Positions 11,701 through 19,776 of a stretch of 64,000 nt of DNA are shown here, in pieces (the stretch's first letter is position 1; the number at the start of each line of letters is the position of its first letter). The stretch is taken from contig CBDDUX010000029.1 in the NCBI GenBank assembly GCA_965234725.1, forward strand, positions 1,752 through 65,751. The letters run 5' to 3'. The DNA is from Thermoplasmatota archaeon. GTDB taxonomy: Archaea > Thermoplasmatota > Penumbrarchaeia > Penumbrarchaeales > Penumbrarchaeaceae. The notes under the pieces were generated by a model. It was given only the letters and a program-made list of their open reading frames with translations, was not told the DNA's origin and ran no database searches. The position numbers and the translations under genes were made by a program.

Positions 11701-12589
11701 TGTCCCAAACATCTTCCATTCCTCTGCCTCCGACATATGTGGAATATAGGGTTGGATCAATTACAACCTCGCGGGTTGTGTCGTACTTTTCCATTTGAAA
11801 GGAGAAGATGTCGCCATCCACAATGATATCCGTGTCAATCTTCAAAGATTCATTATCCGCATAGAATACATCAAGGTCTCCGTCCCTCAATCTGCCCTGA
11901 ACCGAGGTACCCATTAATATCTCCAGCTCACCCTCAACTGTGATCCGGAGATCCTCATGTCCCACAACTCTCATCTTGATCGATGAAGGATCGGATCCTG
12001 GTCTGAGGATCAGGTCATATTTCAAAAATCCATTCTCGGATTTGTAAAGGAGATCGATCCCATCCCAGATATCCTCATAGATGATCTCTCTGTAATTCGG
12101 GACATCAGTATACCATTTCGAGGGATCGTTGCCCTTGAAGAAATTCGACCTCCATGAAAGAGGATTCTCCCCTCGGGGGTTCATACCACTATATCCCTCA
12201 AATTCGATCTTGATAGTACTGTATTCACTTCGATACATATCAGTGGACATTCTGTCGAATCTTGAGGTAGTTAGAGATACGAAGGAATCCTTTCCGGCAT
12301 TCGAAATACCGACAGGATGCCTTATTAAAAGACCGTCTTCCATGAATCCGTAGACGATCTTGCCGACGGTGGAATGGAATATAACATCATCGTTTTCGAC
12401 CTGGCCTCTGTTCTCGGTGAAAACGATCTGATCGTTGCGACAAGTATCTGAAAATGATTCAAAGGCTCCTTCGGAAGCTGATGAAGGCTCATCGACAAGG
12501 CTGTTTCTCCATCCCGCATCCGATTCGGAGGTCAGTTGAAGCAACAATACCGCTCCCACCAACAACAGGGATAGGGGCATCTTTCTCAA
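8795..12589 (-). CDS. Surface protein (1264 aa): signal peptide, SBBP-type beta-propeller repeats, five FN3 domains, C-terminal TM anchor
   Basis: Signal MPLSLLLVGAVLLLQLTSESDA. Reiterated motif ...T.S.DFPTT.GA.D..YNGG..DAF..K....G..L.YSTYLGG... (about 9 copies). FN3 array. TM WIILISVIIVLIISSLVAGILVARKKK. The in-frame ATG at 12580 is a likelier start than the TTG at 12589. Confidence 0.85.
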   Translation of the reverse strand: MRKMPLSLLLVGAVLLLQLTSESDAGWRNSLVDEPSSASEGAFESFSDTCRNDQIVFTENRGQVENDDVIFHSTVGKIVYGFMEDGLLIRHPVGISNAGKDSFVSLTTSRFDRMSTDMYRSEYSTIKIEFEGYSGMNPRGENPLSWRSNFFKGNDPSKWYTDVPNYREIIYEDIWDGIDLLYKSENGFLKYDLILRPGSDPSSIKMRVVGHEDLRITVEGELEILMGTSVQGRLRDGDLDVFYADNESLKIDTDIIVDGDIFSFQMEKYDTTREVVIDPTLYSTYVGGRGMEDVWDSALDDEGCIYIARFTESVDFPTNQDSLYPDYNGGDYDVYITKLNSSGESLDYSTFIGGLGNDKGAAIDIDDDGCAYVTGFTDSVDFPVTPGAYNTSHSTDDNDAFVLKLGRKGNEIHFSTYLGGNDYDGGYRIKVDGNGCAYMTGMTNSLDFPTTAGSLDDTYNGGEFDSFLTKFDPSGGSLVFSTFLGGKGWDSSMAIYVDENYNAYVFGETGSSDLPTTSGAFDDSFNGGERDAFLMKFSLSGDTIEYSTYLGGGGMEYAQSLVVDGDCYAYLIGGTGSNDFPTTSGAYDEFYNGGGMDAYLVKMNVSGDGLVYSTFIGGKGWEAGYGLDIDPLGYTYLIGTTGSSDFPTTRDTDHILNGLSDAFISRINGNGTSILFSRYLGGKGQDHGQDIGYQGRGYVNIAGFTTSTDFPTTDGAFDRSYNGGEYDVYCAGIEVISRPTPPRDLEKKEGDKFINITWKDPLEDGGTSPLEYLVYSGTHPSDLDQIASVNENFFNDTDLENGIRYYFEVFAVNKVGIGSSSGQISAVPGTMARVPIDFECASGDEQVTLSWLPPLDDGGFTISGYNIHRGLDEGNISLLVQKVNDNVYVDGEVENGVTYHYKIVAVNKKGRSGFSDVGHSTPGTVPEGPANLILNFGDGQVNLSWSSPIDNGGFKVNGYNIFRSSNSEEMELIATLTGSMNYTDPDVTNGIRYFYCINAFNLKGDGPRSSEICITPGTFPGPVRNLSISSGNGQVDLEWMPPVSDGGYQVTGYEIFRGRSPDMMEYLATINGTESFMDNDVNNGITYWYTVIAVNELGKGVIGSKPSATPVTVPSSVREVRISYENGSLYMTWELPEDNGGSPLTGFNIYLGRDKKTADLLSTINTTEYSGVMELGPGTYYSHIAAVNKIGEGAFSDVTSLIVREDESKDGKSDGYLEWTWIILISVIIVLIISSLVAGILVARKKKSGSRTESEPRFDPAIFK
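8975..10375 (-). repeat. Five tandem FN3 domains (protein-level repeat) within the 1264-aa surface protein
   Basis: Five ~92-aa units each contain ...L.W..P.DDGG....GY.I.R.......L........Y.D..V.NG..Y.Y...A.N..G.G.... Confidence 0.8.
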
Positions 12590-12641
12590 TGTAACACCCC
12601 CTTCCCGGACATATCCATTCCATCCCTATTTCCGATTATAA

Positions 12642-12715
12642 CCATTATCTTCACATGAGAAGGATTGGAGGAAAGGAGCAGTAGCGGTTGACTGCAGGGT
12701 CAGGATCGAGTAGGA
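12642..12715 (+). pseudogene. Orphan 3' fragment of an ADP-forming ACS gene (encodes PLSSHEKDWRKGAVAVDCRVRIE*), preceded by an in-frame TAA
   Basis: 12672..12713 translates to KGAVAVDCRVRIE*, identical to the C-terminus of the intact ACS (8739..8780). Weaker similarity continues upstream (PL...EK). An in-frame stop lies at 12639-12641, so it is not part of a gene. Confidence 0.8.
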
Positions 12716-12844
12716 CCTTCTTAATAGATGTAGTGTCAAGTGGGGTAAAAGGTAGTTTTCCAGTTATCTAATTCGAATTGTTCTTCAAACCTTTCATTCC
12801 AAATGCAAAGATGTGATTGATCTATGCAATTTTACTGTTAAGTT

Positions 12845-13360
12845 TCATATGAACCCATCGATCATTCTCAAAGCTCTGGAATACAGAACCGTAGAGCAGT
12901 ACCATCCGCCCTCTATCATCATGTCAAGAGCATTTCTTGCCTGTTCTGGAGTTATTGCTCGATGAATGATCAGTTCCTTCAAGATCCAGAGACTTCCTTT
13001 GTGTTTGATCCCTTCCACTTCACATATGGATCTTCCGTAACTTTCATCTAATATCGCAATACCATTATCTCTCCTTGCAGCCTCTAATACATCCTTATCG
13101 GCATCTGATAGACTACGATTTTCTTTGAATAGGTCATGGATCTCTCCTTTTTTTACATCCACTACCTCAAATGGTTCCGATCGAATTATTCTTTCAATCT
13201 TCAACGCATCCGCAAGACCCCTCCTTTTCCCATTATTCACCACCTCTTCGAACACGGACAATGGCACGATAACATTGTATTCAAGTTCGGAGATTTTTTC
13301 GAGAATGTCCGCTTTTCCGAGATGGATCAATGGAGTAGAGTCGATTATGAGAAGATCCAT
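12845..13360 (-). CDS. PIN-like nucleic-acid-binding protein (DUF3368 family), putative toxin
   Basis: N-terminus MDLLIIDSTPLIHLGKADILEKISEL...VPLSVFEEV matches the DUF3368/PIN-like pattern. Its start overlaps the stop of the upstream UPF0175 gene (TAATG). Confidence 0.65.
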   Translation of the reverse strand: MDLLIIDSTPLIHLGKADILEKISELEYNVIVPLSVFEEVVNNGKRRGLADALKIERIIRSEPFEVVDVKKGEIHDLFKENRSLSDADKDVLEAARRDNGIAILDESYGRSICEVEGIKHKGSLWILKELIIHRAITPEQARNALDMMIEGGWYCSTVLYSRALRMIDGFI

Positions 13361-13644
13361 TATTCAAGGTCCTCCCCTGACCAATCCTCATCCACCCATA
13401 CCGTGTGGGTCTTCTTTACAAGGCCATTGAAATCCCAGAGATCCATACCAGCGATCTCTGCTGCCCTGTTGAAGGTGATCTGCCCTTCGGAAAGAAGCTG
13501 AAGGGCCTTCCTCTTCCTCCATTCCTCCAGTCCGGTGATCAGGAGCTTCCGTACTCCTCCGCTTCTCTCTATCTTCTCCTCCTCAATGAAGAGTTCAAGC
13601 TCTCTTTCGAGCTCATCGTTGATCCGTGTAGATACAACAGACAT
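13360..13644 (-). CDS. UPF0175-family antitoxin-like protein
   Basis: 94 aa. ...ALQLLSEGQITFNRAAEIAGMDLWDFNGLV... is the HTH-like core typical of UPF0175. Translationally coupled to the DUF3368 gene. Confidence 0.6.
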   Translation of the reverse strand: MSVVSTRINDELERELELFIEEEKIERSGGVRKLLITGLEEWRKRKALQLLSEGQITFNRAAEIAGMDLWDFNGLVKKTHTVWVDEDWSGEDLE

Positions 13645-13692
13645 GGAGATTAATTGTCTACAATGTATACATAGTTTACGAAGAAGGACCCT

Positions 13693-14301
13693 CTACAACA
13701 AGTCCATGACCTTGTCCCAGATCCGGTCCTGGACCTCGCTCTTACCAAGAGAGGCATCCACAACCAGCCATTTCGTCTTCAAACTGTCAGGTTGGACCTG
13801 GCCTCTTGAGAGTCTCTGGAAGGTCTTCCTCACATCTTCCTGGAAGGCCCTGTCCATCTCGAAATATTCCAGGTCCCCTCCCCGGTCCTTCATCCTTCTC
13901 TCCGATATCTTCGGGTCCAGATCAAGAAGGATGGCCAGATCAGGTTTATCGGCATATTTGTTGATATCTCCGACCCATTCCATATCCACCTTCTGCCCCT
14001 GATAGGCGATGGAGGAGTATACATATCGATCGGAGATCACGAACTTGCCGGAATCAAGAGCAGGCCTGATCTCTTTTTCAAGGTGTTCGATCCTGTCAGA
14101 CGCAAATAGCAGTGCAAGGGCCTCATCATCGAGGAAGGGATCGGACAGGTGGTCTCTTATCAACCTGCCAGTTGGTCCCTTGGTTGGTTCACTTGTAAGT
14201 AAAACACTCTTACCCAGGTCTGAAAGCCTTTCTTTCAAGCCTTTGGCCTGGGTCCCTTTTCCACTGCCGTCAATACCCTCTATGACGATGAAGGGAGACA
14301 T
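13693..14301 (-). CDS. tmk: Thymidylate kinase (dTMP kinase)
   Basis: P-loop FIVIEGIDGSGKGTQ. DRY motif region (ISDRYVYSSIAYQG). 202 aa. Confidence 0.9.
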   Translation of the reverse strand: MSPFIVIEGIDGSGKGTQAKGLKERLSDLGKSVLLTSEPTKGPTGRLIRDHLSDPFLDDEALALLFASDRIEHLEKEIRPALDSGKFVISDRYVYSSIAYQGQKVDMEWVGDINKYADKPDLAILLDLDPKISERRMKDRGGDLEYFEMDRAFQEDVRKTFQRLSRGQVQPDSLKTKWLVVDASLGKSEVQDRIWDKVMDLL

Positions 14302-14453
14302 CTATATCTTGAAACTTCCAATAGTATAAAAGTCTGTTCCGATAGGTCCTCAATTTCGTGAAGATGTCCGCTGTCAGAGAGTGGAAATGCCGCTTATTAC
14401 TTGTTCAAGCGGTGCTATGATCGATCCGGAGATGATACAAAACATCCTGTACC

Positions 14454-15944
14454 CTATACGAGAGATCGATCCCAGTAAGACCAACTTGTCATATCTCTGT
14501 CAAATGGTCTTCCATCCATGGACCGGATCATATACCTGTTCTTAGGGGAATCAAGGTCGTAGGAATATTCTTTTCCATCAGGAGTAGAGAATACGGTCCT
14601 CAGTTGGCTTTCATCCGGATTGGATCCTACAACATCCTCAAGGAGACCCTCGGGATCCTTGTCAGGAAATAGTGTAAATAGGGCCATTTGCTGTGAAGAA
14701 TAAGTGATAATAGGTATCTGACCTCTAATGAAGAGAGCCCAATTCCCTTTGGTGGAATGTGGAATCCAACCTTTCGGAATATGAAGCGGTCCTCGTGAGA
14801 CCGCAAATCTTTTTGCGACACCGGTCTGGTTCCGACCTCTGCATTTGTAATAGATACCCCCCATATGGAGAACATCTCTCAGGACCATAGCTCCATCTTT
14901 CAGGATCAATGTGATGGGCCTGGTCACTTCTATGGTGAAGAGCCTGGATCTGGAACCTCCGGCAGTTATCAGATAACCTGGGCCTCTGGAATAGATCTCC
15001 GGAGACCTGCCCTTACCATGACCGATCCTCAGAACATACTCTTCATTTTCTCCCTTTGAAATTTCCTCAACCTCATCAGGGAGTTTATAGGGGATCACTG
15101 CAGCCATGAGGGAATGTTCCTTTGCCTGGGATCCGGCATATAACATCACATCCTTATCCCCATGGGACCAGACCTTCATCATCCATGTTTGATAATCCCG
15201 GTCAAGTTCCTGCTCTCTTGCATGGTCGAGCCTTCTTCTGAAGGGAGGATATCTACGGAAGCTGAGGGAGCTTGAAGCATATTTCTCATTGAGACGGTCC
15301 AGAAGTTTTGTGGCCTCAGACGCCACATCCCTATCAGCGTATGCATGTAAGTTCAATAGAGCTGTAAGCGAATAGCCTATGTAAGGTTTGGAATTATATT
15401 CATCGAGACCATTTTCTCTCTTCTCACGAATGGAAGATGAGAGGAATGATCCCAGACCGTTCAATTGGTTGTCATAGGCATTTTCTTTTGAACCATGGTC
15501 CTTCAGCCACTTGTTCTTGAGATATCTGGAACCTTCCATCATGATTATGTGGTTCTCTGTCTCACCGATGAGACCGAAGGTGAAAGGAACCTTCAAGCTG
15601 CCTCTGGGACCTGAAAGGGGGAGAAGACGATCAAGCATCCAAGACCTGGTCTCCGGATACAAAACAGTATCATCACTTCCGAACTGGTAAAGGATCGTGG
15701 TAAGGACGGTTAGAGTGAAATCATAGTCACCTTTGTGAATGACCTTGATGTCAGTACCTGTACTTGACCATGGAAGGACCCTTTGAAGATATTCATTGAC
15801 CTTCTTGATGTCTTTTCCTTCCCTCAATTTCGCCAGACAGGTCCTGGGGGCGGATACCTTACCGGATTCCTTCCAGTCTGGGAGGTCCTGTTCCGCCCAC
15901 CAGGTTATGATATCGATCCCGTCATCACCGATCCCTGACAACAC
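14454..15944 (-). CDS. Hypothetical cytoplasmic protein (496 aa), family not recognised
   Basis: ORF track only. GTG start, no signal peptide or TM, no motif I can name. Confidence 0.5.
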   Translation of the reverse strand: MLSGIGDDGIDIITWWAEQDLPDWKESGKVSAPRTCLAKLREGKDIKKVNEYLQRVLPWSSTGTDIKVIHKGDYDFTLTVLTTILYQFGSDDTVLYPETRSWMLDRLLPLSGPRGSLKVPFTFGLIGETENHIIMMEGSRYLKNKWLKDHGSKENAYDNQLNGLGSFLSSSIREKRENGLDEYNSKPYIGYSLTALLNLHAYADRDVASEATKLLDRLNEKYASSSLSFRRYPPFRRRLDHAREQELDRDYQTWMMKVWSHGDKDVMLYAGSQAKEHSLMAAVIPYKLPDEVEEISKGENEEYVLRIGHGKGRSPEIYSRGPGYLITAGGSRSRLFTIEVTRPITLILKDGAMVLRDVLHMGGIYYKCRGRNQTGVAKRFAVSRGPLHIPKGWIPHSTKGNWALFIRGQIPIITYSSQQMALFTLFPDKDPEGLLEDVVGSNPDESQLRTVFSTPDGKEYSYDLDSPKNRYMIRSMDGRPFDRDMTSWSYWDRSLV

Positions 15945-16028
15945 ACCTGAACTATCGAAATACGATTAGAACTACTTTTTCCGGGATCCGATGAATATCC
16001 CCAAGGGTGACCGTTATCGATCGATCTA

Positions 16029-17480
16029 TCAGGCCAGCTTCTTCAATGTGAGGGAGAGAAGGTCCCAGAAATCCTTGACGGATGGGACCCTGACCCTTTC
16101 ATCAGGGGAGTGGGGGTTCTCTATCTGAGGTCCGAAGGAGGCCATGTCCATACCTTCGAACTTCTCGCCGATGATCCCGCATTCCAATCCCGCATGTATG
16201 GCCTTGAGCTCTGGGTCCTTCTCCCATAGCTCGATGGCCGCCTCCTTCAGAATCGCCAGGACCTTGGAATCAAGGTTGGGAAGCCATCCAGGATAGGCCT
16301 GTCCCCTCTCTGCATCGGCACCTGCAAGGACCGATATCGCCTCGATCTTGTCCCTGAGGGCCTCCAGCTGTGTATTGGAGGAGGATCGGGAAGCGAGTTG
16401 AATGTAAACTTCCTCCTCCGTCCTTATCTTCGCCATGGAGGTTGAGGTCTCAACAAGGTCGGGTATGTCAGGAGACATCCTGAACACACCATGTGGCAGT
16501 GAAACGATCAGATGAATGGTCCTTCTGGAATCCTCCGGGGTCATCATGCTCTCGGGTAGAGACGTTTCCTTCAATTCTATCGTCATGCCAGGTTCGATGC
16601 TCTTGTACTCGAATTTGATCTCCTCAAAGGCTTCCATGATCTCTTTCTTGATAGGTTCCAGATCCTCATTTGTAATAAGTACAACCTCGGCCTCCCTGGG
16701 AATGGCATTGTGCTTGTCCCCTGCGGTGAAATGGCCGAAGCCGAACTCATGTTCCCTGGCAACCTTCCACAGCATCCTTGCAAGAAGCTTGATCGCATTG
16801 GCCCTGCCTTCATGGATATCCACACCGGAATGACCCCCCTTCATGCCAGAGAAATTGATATAGAGAGCTTTCCCTGTGGCATCCTCCTTGAGGATTGCCA
16901 TCTTGATATCGGATTCCCCTCCACCAGCGCATCCAACGTAAAGGGCCCTCTCCTCCTCGGTATCGAGGTTCATGAACAATCTTCCTTCCAGCATGTCAGC
17001 GCCAAGTGCAAAGGCCCCGGTAAGGCCTGTCTCTTCATCGATCGTGAACAGACATTCAAGAGGTCCGTGAACGACATCTTTGGACTCCATCATTGCCAGA
17101 GCTGCGCAGACACCGATACCGTTGTCGGCTCCCAGAGTGGTTCCAGTTGCGTAGAGATAATCATCCACCATTCTTAGCTTCAAGGGATCCTTGGAGAAAT
17201 CGAAATCCGTATCCCTGTTCTTCTCACAAACCATATCCACATGTCCCTGAAGAACGACAATAGGGGATTTCTCCTTGCCAGGAGAAGCGGGGATCTTGAC
17301 AACGCAGTTACCTGCTTTATCCTTCTTCCAATCAAGGCCGTTCCTTTTTGCAACCTCTATGACGTAATCTATCGCCTTACCCTCGTGTTTGGAGCAGCGG
17401 GGGATCTGTCTCAGCATGTCAAAGTGCTTCCAAAGAAGCTTGGGTTCAAGTCCTGTAAGTACATCCGTCATCTTCATCAC
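16029..17480 (-). CDS. pepD: Aminoacyl-histidine (Xaa-His) dipeptidase, peptidase M20C
   Basis: LEPKLLWKHFDMLRQIPRCSKHE...VVLQGHVDMVCEKN...TTLGADNGIGVA... and the C-terminus GLECGIIGEKF...MDMASFGPQIENPHSPDERV are the PepD signatures. Confidence 0.9.
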   Translation of the reverse strand: MMKMTDVLTGLEPKLLWKHFDMLRQIPRCSKHEGKAIDYVIEVAKRNGLDWKKDKAGNCVVKIPASPGKEKSPIVVLQGHVDMVCEKNRDTDFDFSKDPLKLRMVDDYLYATGTTLGADNGIGVCAALAMMESKDVVHGPLECLFTIDEETGLTGAFALGADMLEGRLFMNLDTEEERALYVGCAGGGESDIKMAILKEDATGKALYINFSGMKGGHSGVDIHEGRANAIKLLARMLWKVAREHEFGFGHFTAGDKHNAIPREAEVVLITNEDLEPIKKEIMEAFEEIKFEYKSIEPGMTIELKETSLPESMMTPEDSRRTIHLIVSLPHGVFRMSPDIPDLVETSTSMAKIRTEEEVYIQLASRSSSNTQLEALRDKIEAISVLAGADAERGQAYPGWLPNLDSKVLAILKEAAIELWEKDPELKAIHAGLECGIIGEKFEGMDMASFGPQIENPHSPDERVRVPSVKDFWDLLSLTLKKLA

Positions 17481-17542
17481 CCGTGAATGAGTATCCGGGT
17501 ATTTTGAAGGGATGTAATAACAGTTGTGGGAGAATACCTCTA

Positions 17543-18166
17543 TTAAACCATTGCATCTTTCAATTGTTTGTAAGAAACGACACTGATCAGAAGCCAGAGC
17601 ATGAAGGGGATGATGGGTTTCTTTCGCTGATTGATGTTCAGCCCTCTTACCTCATCCATGAATTCCTCAATATTTGAGATCTGCTCCTCCAGATCTCTTT
17701 CGGTATTCCTGGCGATCCGGACCAACCTCTCCTCAATCTCTACCAATGCCCTTTCGGAATGTGCGTTTGCAGAAAGTCTTGTTGATTCCAGATACTGGGT
17801 AGCAGTTGCCACCTCGGCAATCACTCCGAGACTGTTGATCACCATGTCCCAGACCGTTCTATCCTCGAAGGACCTGAACTCCTCCAGGGCATTAAGCACC
17901 GGGAAAATACCGGAGATCACCCTTGCCGTAAGATTCCTCCCAACTATCTCCGGATCCGCTTCAAGGGTAAGACAGGCATCATGAAGTTTCAGACAATCAT
18001 TATGATGAGCGGAGGCAAGATCGGAAACCATTACGTTTTCGGATGCTTCGACCCCGATCACTATCAATCGTGCCTCTCTTACCATTCTCAGAGCATTCTT
18101 GGAGGTCGAGGTCATCATGAACTGGGCAAGAGCCCTGTCCATTCCTTCGGAATCCATTTCTGTCAT
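17543..18166 (-). CDS. Hypothetical all-alpha/coiled-coil protein with C-terminal tail-anchor TM (207 aa)
   Basis: ORF track. C-terminal IIPFMLWLLISVVSY hydrophobic span after a basic patch (NQRKKP). Lies directly downstream of flotillin on the same strand. Confidence 0.55.
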   Translation of the reverse strand: MTEMDSEGMDRALAQFMMTSTSKNALRMVREARLIVIGVEASENVMVSDLASAHHNDCLKLHDACLTLEADPEIVGRNLTARVISGIFPVLNALEEFRSFEDRTVWDMVINSLGVIAEVATATQYLESTRLSANAHSERALVEIEERLVRIARNTERDLEEQISNIEEFMDEVRGLNINQRKKPIIPFMLWLLISVVSYKQLKDAMV

Positions 18167-18180
18167 GGGGGAACCTCATT

Positions 18181-18213
18181 AGAAAGAAAGAGGGGGGAGG
18201 GTCATCCCCCCTC
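18181..18213 (-). terminator. GC hairpin followed by a T-rich stretch between flotillin and the downstream gene (terminator/attenuator-like)
   Basis: 8-bp perfect stem gagggggg (18190-18197) / cccccctc (18206-18213) with an 8-nt loop. On the minus strand it is followed by tttctttct (18181-18189). Confidence 0.45.
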
Positions 18214-18225
18214 ACCGGAACCGGA

Positions 18226-19770
18226 TCAATCCGCGTCCTTTGCTTCCACATCTACCTGGCCGGATTCCTCCCTGGTGGTGACGACGTTCCGTATCAACTT
18301 GGTCACGTCAACACCTGTCAGGGATTCCACCAGTGCAGGCATCTGTGCGGCTATGTCCACGGTCTTGCTGACAAATCCGTTTGGTCCCTGGTCTCCCATG
18401 ACGATGACCTTATCCACTCCTTCGAGTGATGAGGCTGCTGCCTTCACGATGTTGGGCAGCTGATCGACAATGAGCTGGGTAATTGCAGCATCACCGTACT
18501 TTCTCCAGGCAAGTGCCTTCTTCTCCATTGCCTCCGCTTCTGCCAGACCCTTTGCTTTAATAGCTTCGGCCTCTGCCTGTCCCTTTAGCTGGATAACCTC
18601 GGCTTCTGCTGTTCCTTCCTGACGGATCTTGGCAGCCTGACCTTCAGCCAGTTTCTGAAGTTTTTCTCTTTCACCGTCGGCTGTCAATTTGAGCTGGGAC
18701 TGGGTTGCCTCTGCCGCCCGTATGGTCTTGATCTTCTCGGCCTCGGCGATCCTCTCGATCCGGCCTTTTTCACCATCGGCTTCGGCTATCTTGGCGTTTG
18801 CAGCAGCTTTGGCAGGGACCACCTGGATGGCCTCCTGCTCCTTGCCTTTCCTATCTATCTCCCTCTCCTGGAGCTCAATCCGTTTGACTTTTTCCTCTAT
18901 CTCGATCTGGATCTGTTCCTTGATGAGTTCCTGACGTCGTTTCTTGTCCTGGAGATCAAAGGAGATGGACCTGTTTGCCTTGGAGATCTCAACCTCTGCC
19001 TCGGCATTCTGCTTGGTGATATCCCTCTCCTTGTGGAAGATGGCCACCTGACCTTCAGCCTCGGAATTGGCCCTCTCTGCCTCCCTTGCCGCCCCTGCTT
19101 CCTTTACGGTCGCCTCCTTGTTGGCAATGGCCTCACCGATCCTCGCATCCCTCTTGACCTCGGCGGTCCTTTTCCTTCCCAGGGCCTTGATGTATCCATA
19201 CTGGTCCTCGATATCCCTTATAACGAAGGACCTGATCTCGATACCCATGTTCCTCAGGTCCTTTGCGGCCTGGGACTGGACATGCGTTGCTACTGCATCC
19301 CTGTCAGAATTGATGGCTTCGATTGTCATCGTTGCACAGATCCCCCTGACATGTCCCTCAAGGGTTTTCTGGGCGATCTCATTTATCTCCTTATCAGTCT
19401 TGTGAAGCAACTGTTCAGATGCAGTATAAAGTGATGCCTCGTCGGATGCGATCTTGACCTGGGTAACGGCCTTGATGTTCATCTGGGCACCTGATGTCAC
19501 GACATCGGTAACGATATCTGTAACCGAGATCTCAAGGGTCCTTACATCAAGAGGAAGGAAATCAAAACCCTGCACAACAGGCAGGATGAACTTGCCTCCT
19601 CCGGATACGACAGTATAACCCCTTGCACCCTTCTTTGCTCCTCTACCATAGACGATCATTGCGCTGTCCGGGGGCACCTTCTTGTACCTCGAAGCATAGA
19701 TGATCACCGCCACTATCCCAACTCCCAACAGGAGCAGGACCGCAAATATCAACAACAGTACTATGTCCAT
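18226..19770 (-). CDS. Flotillin-like SPFH/band-7 protein (YqiK-like)
   Basis: N-terminal TM, SPFH domain (..VVSGGGKFILPVVQGFDFLPLDVRTLEISV..), long Ala/Glu-rich coiled coil (AEAEVIQLKGQAEAEAIKAKGLAEAEAMEKKA). 514 aa. Confidence 0.88.
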   Translation of the reverse strand: MDIVLLLIFAVLLLLGVGIVAVIIYASRYKKVPPDSAMIVYGRGAKKGARGYTVVSGGGKFILPVVQGFDFLPLDVRTLEISVTDIVTDVVTSGAQMNIKAVTQVKIASDEASLYTASEQLLHKTDKEINEIAQKTLEGHVRGICATMTIEAINSDRDAVATHVQSQAAKDLRNMGIEIRSFVIRDIEDQYGYIKALGRKRTAEVKRDARIGEAIANKEATVKEAGAAREAERANSEAEGQVAIFHKERDITKQNAEAEVEISKANRSISFDLQDKKRRQELIKEQIQIEIEEKVKRIELQEREIDRKGKEQEAIQVVPAKAAANAKIAEADGEKGRIERIAEAEKIKTIRAAEATQSQLKLTADGEREKLQKLAEGQAAKIRQEGTAEAEVIQLKGQAEAEAIKAKGLAEAEAMEKKALAWRKYGDAAITQLIVDQLPNIVKAAASSLEGVDKVIVMGDQGPNGFVSKTVDIAAQMPALVESLTGVDVTKLIRNVVTTREESGQVDVEAKDAD

Positions 19771-19776
19771 TCTTTC

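Noticed and set aside
8783-12670. Integrase, transposase or terminal inverted repeats inside the repeat-bracketed segment
   Set aside because: The segment holds only the 1264-aa surface gene and its upstream region. No recombinase-like ORF is present, so I do not call it a mobile element, only an insertion or replacement footprint.
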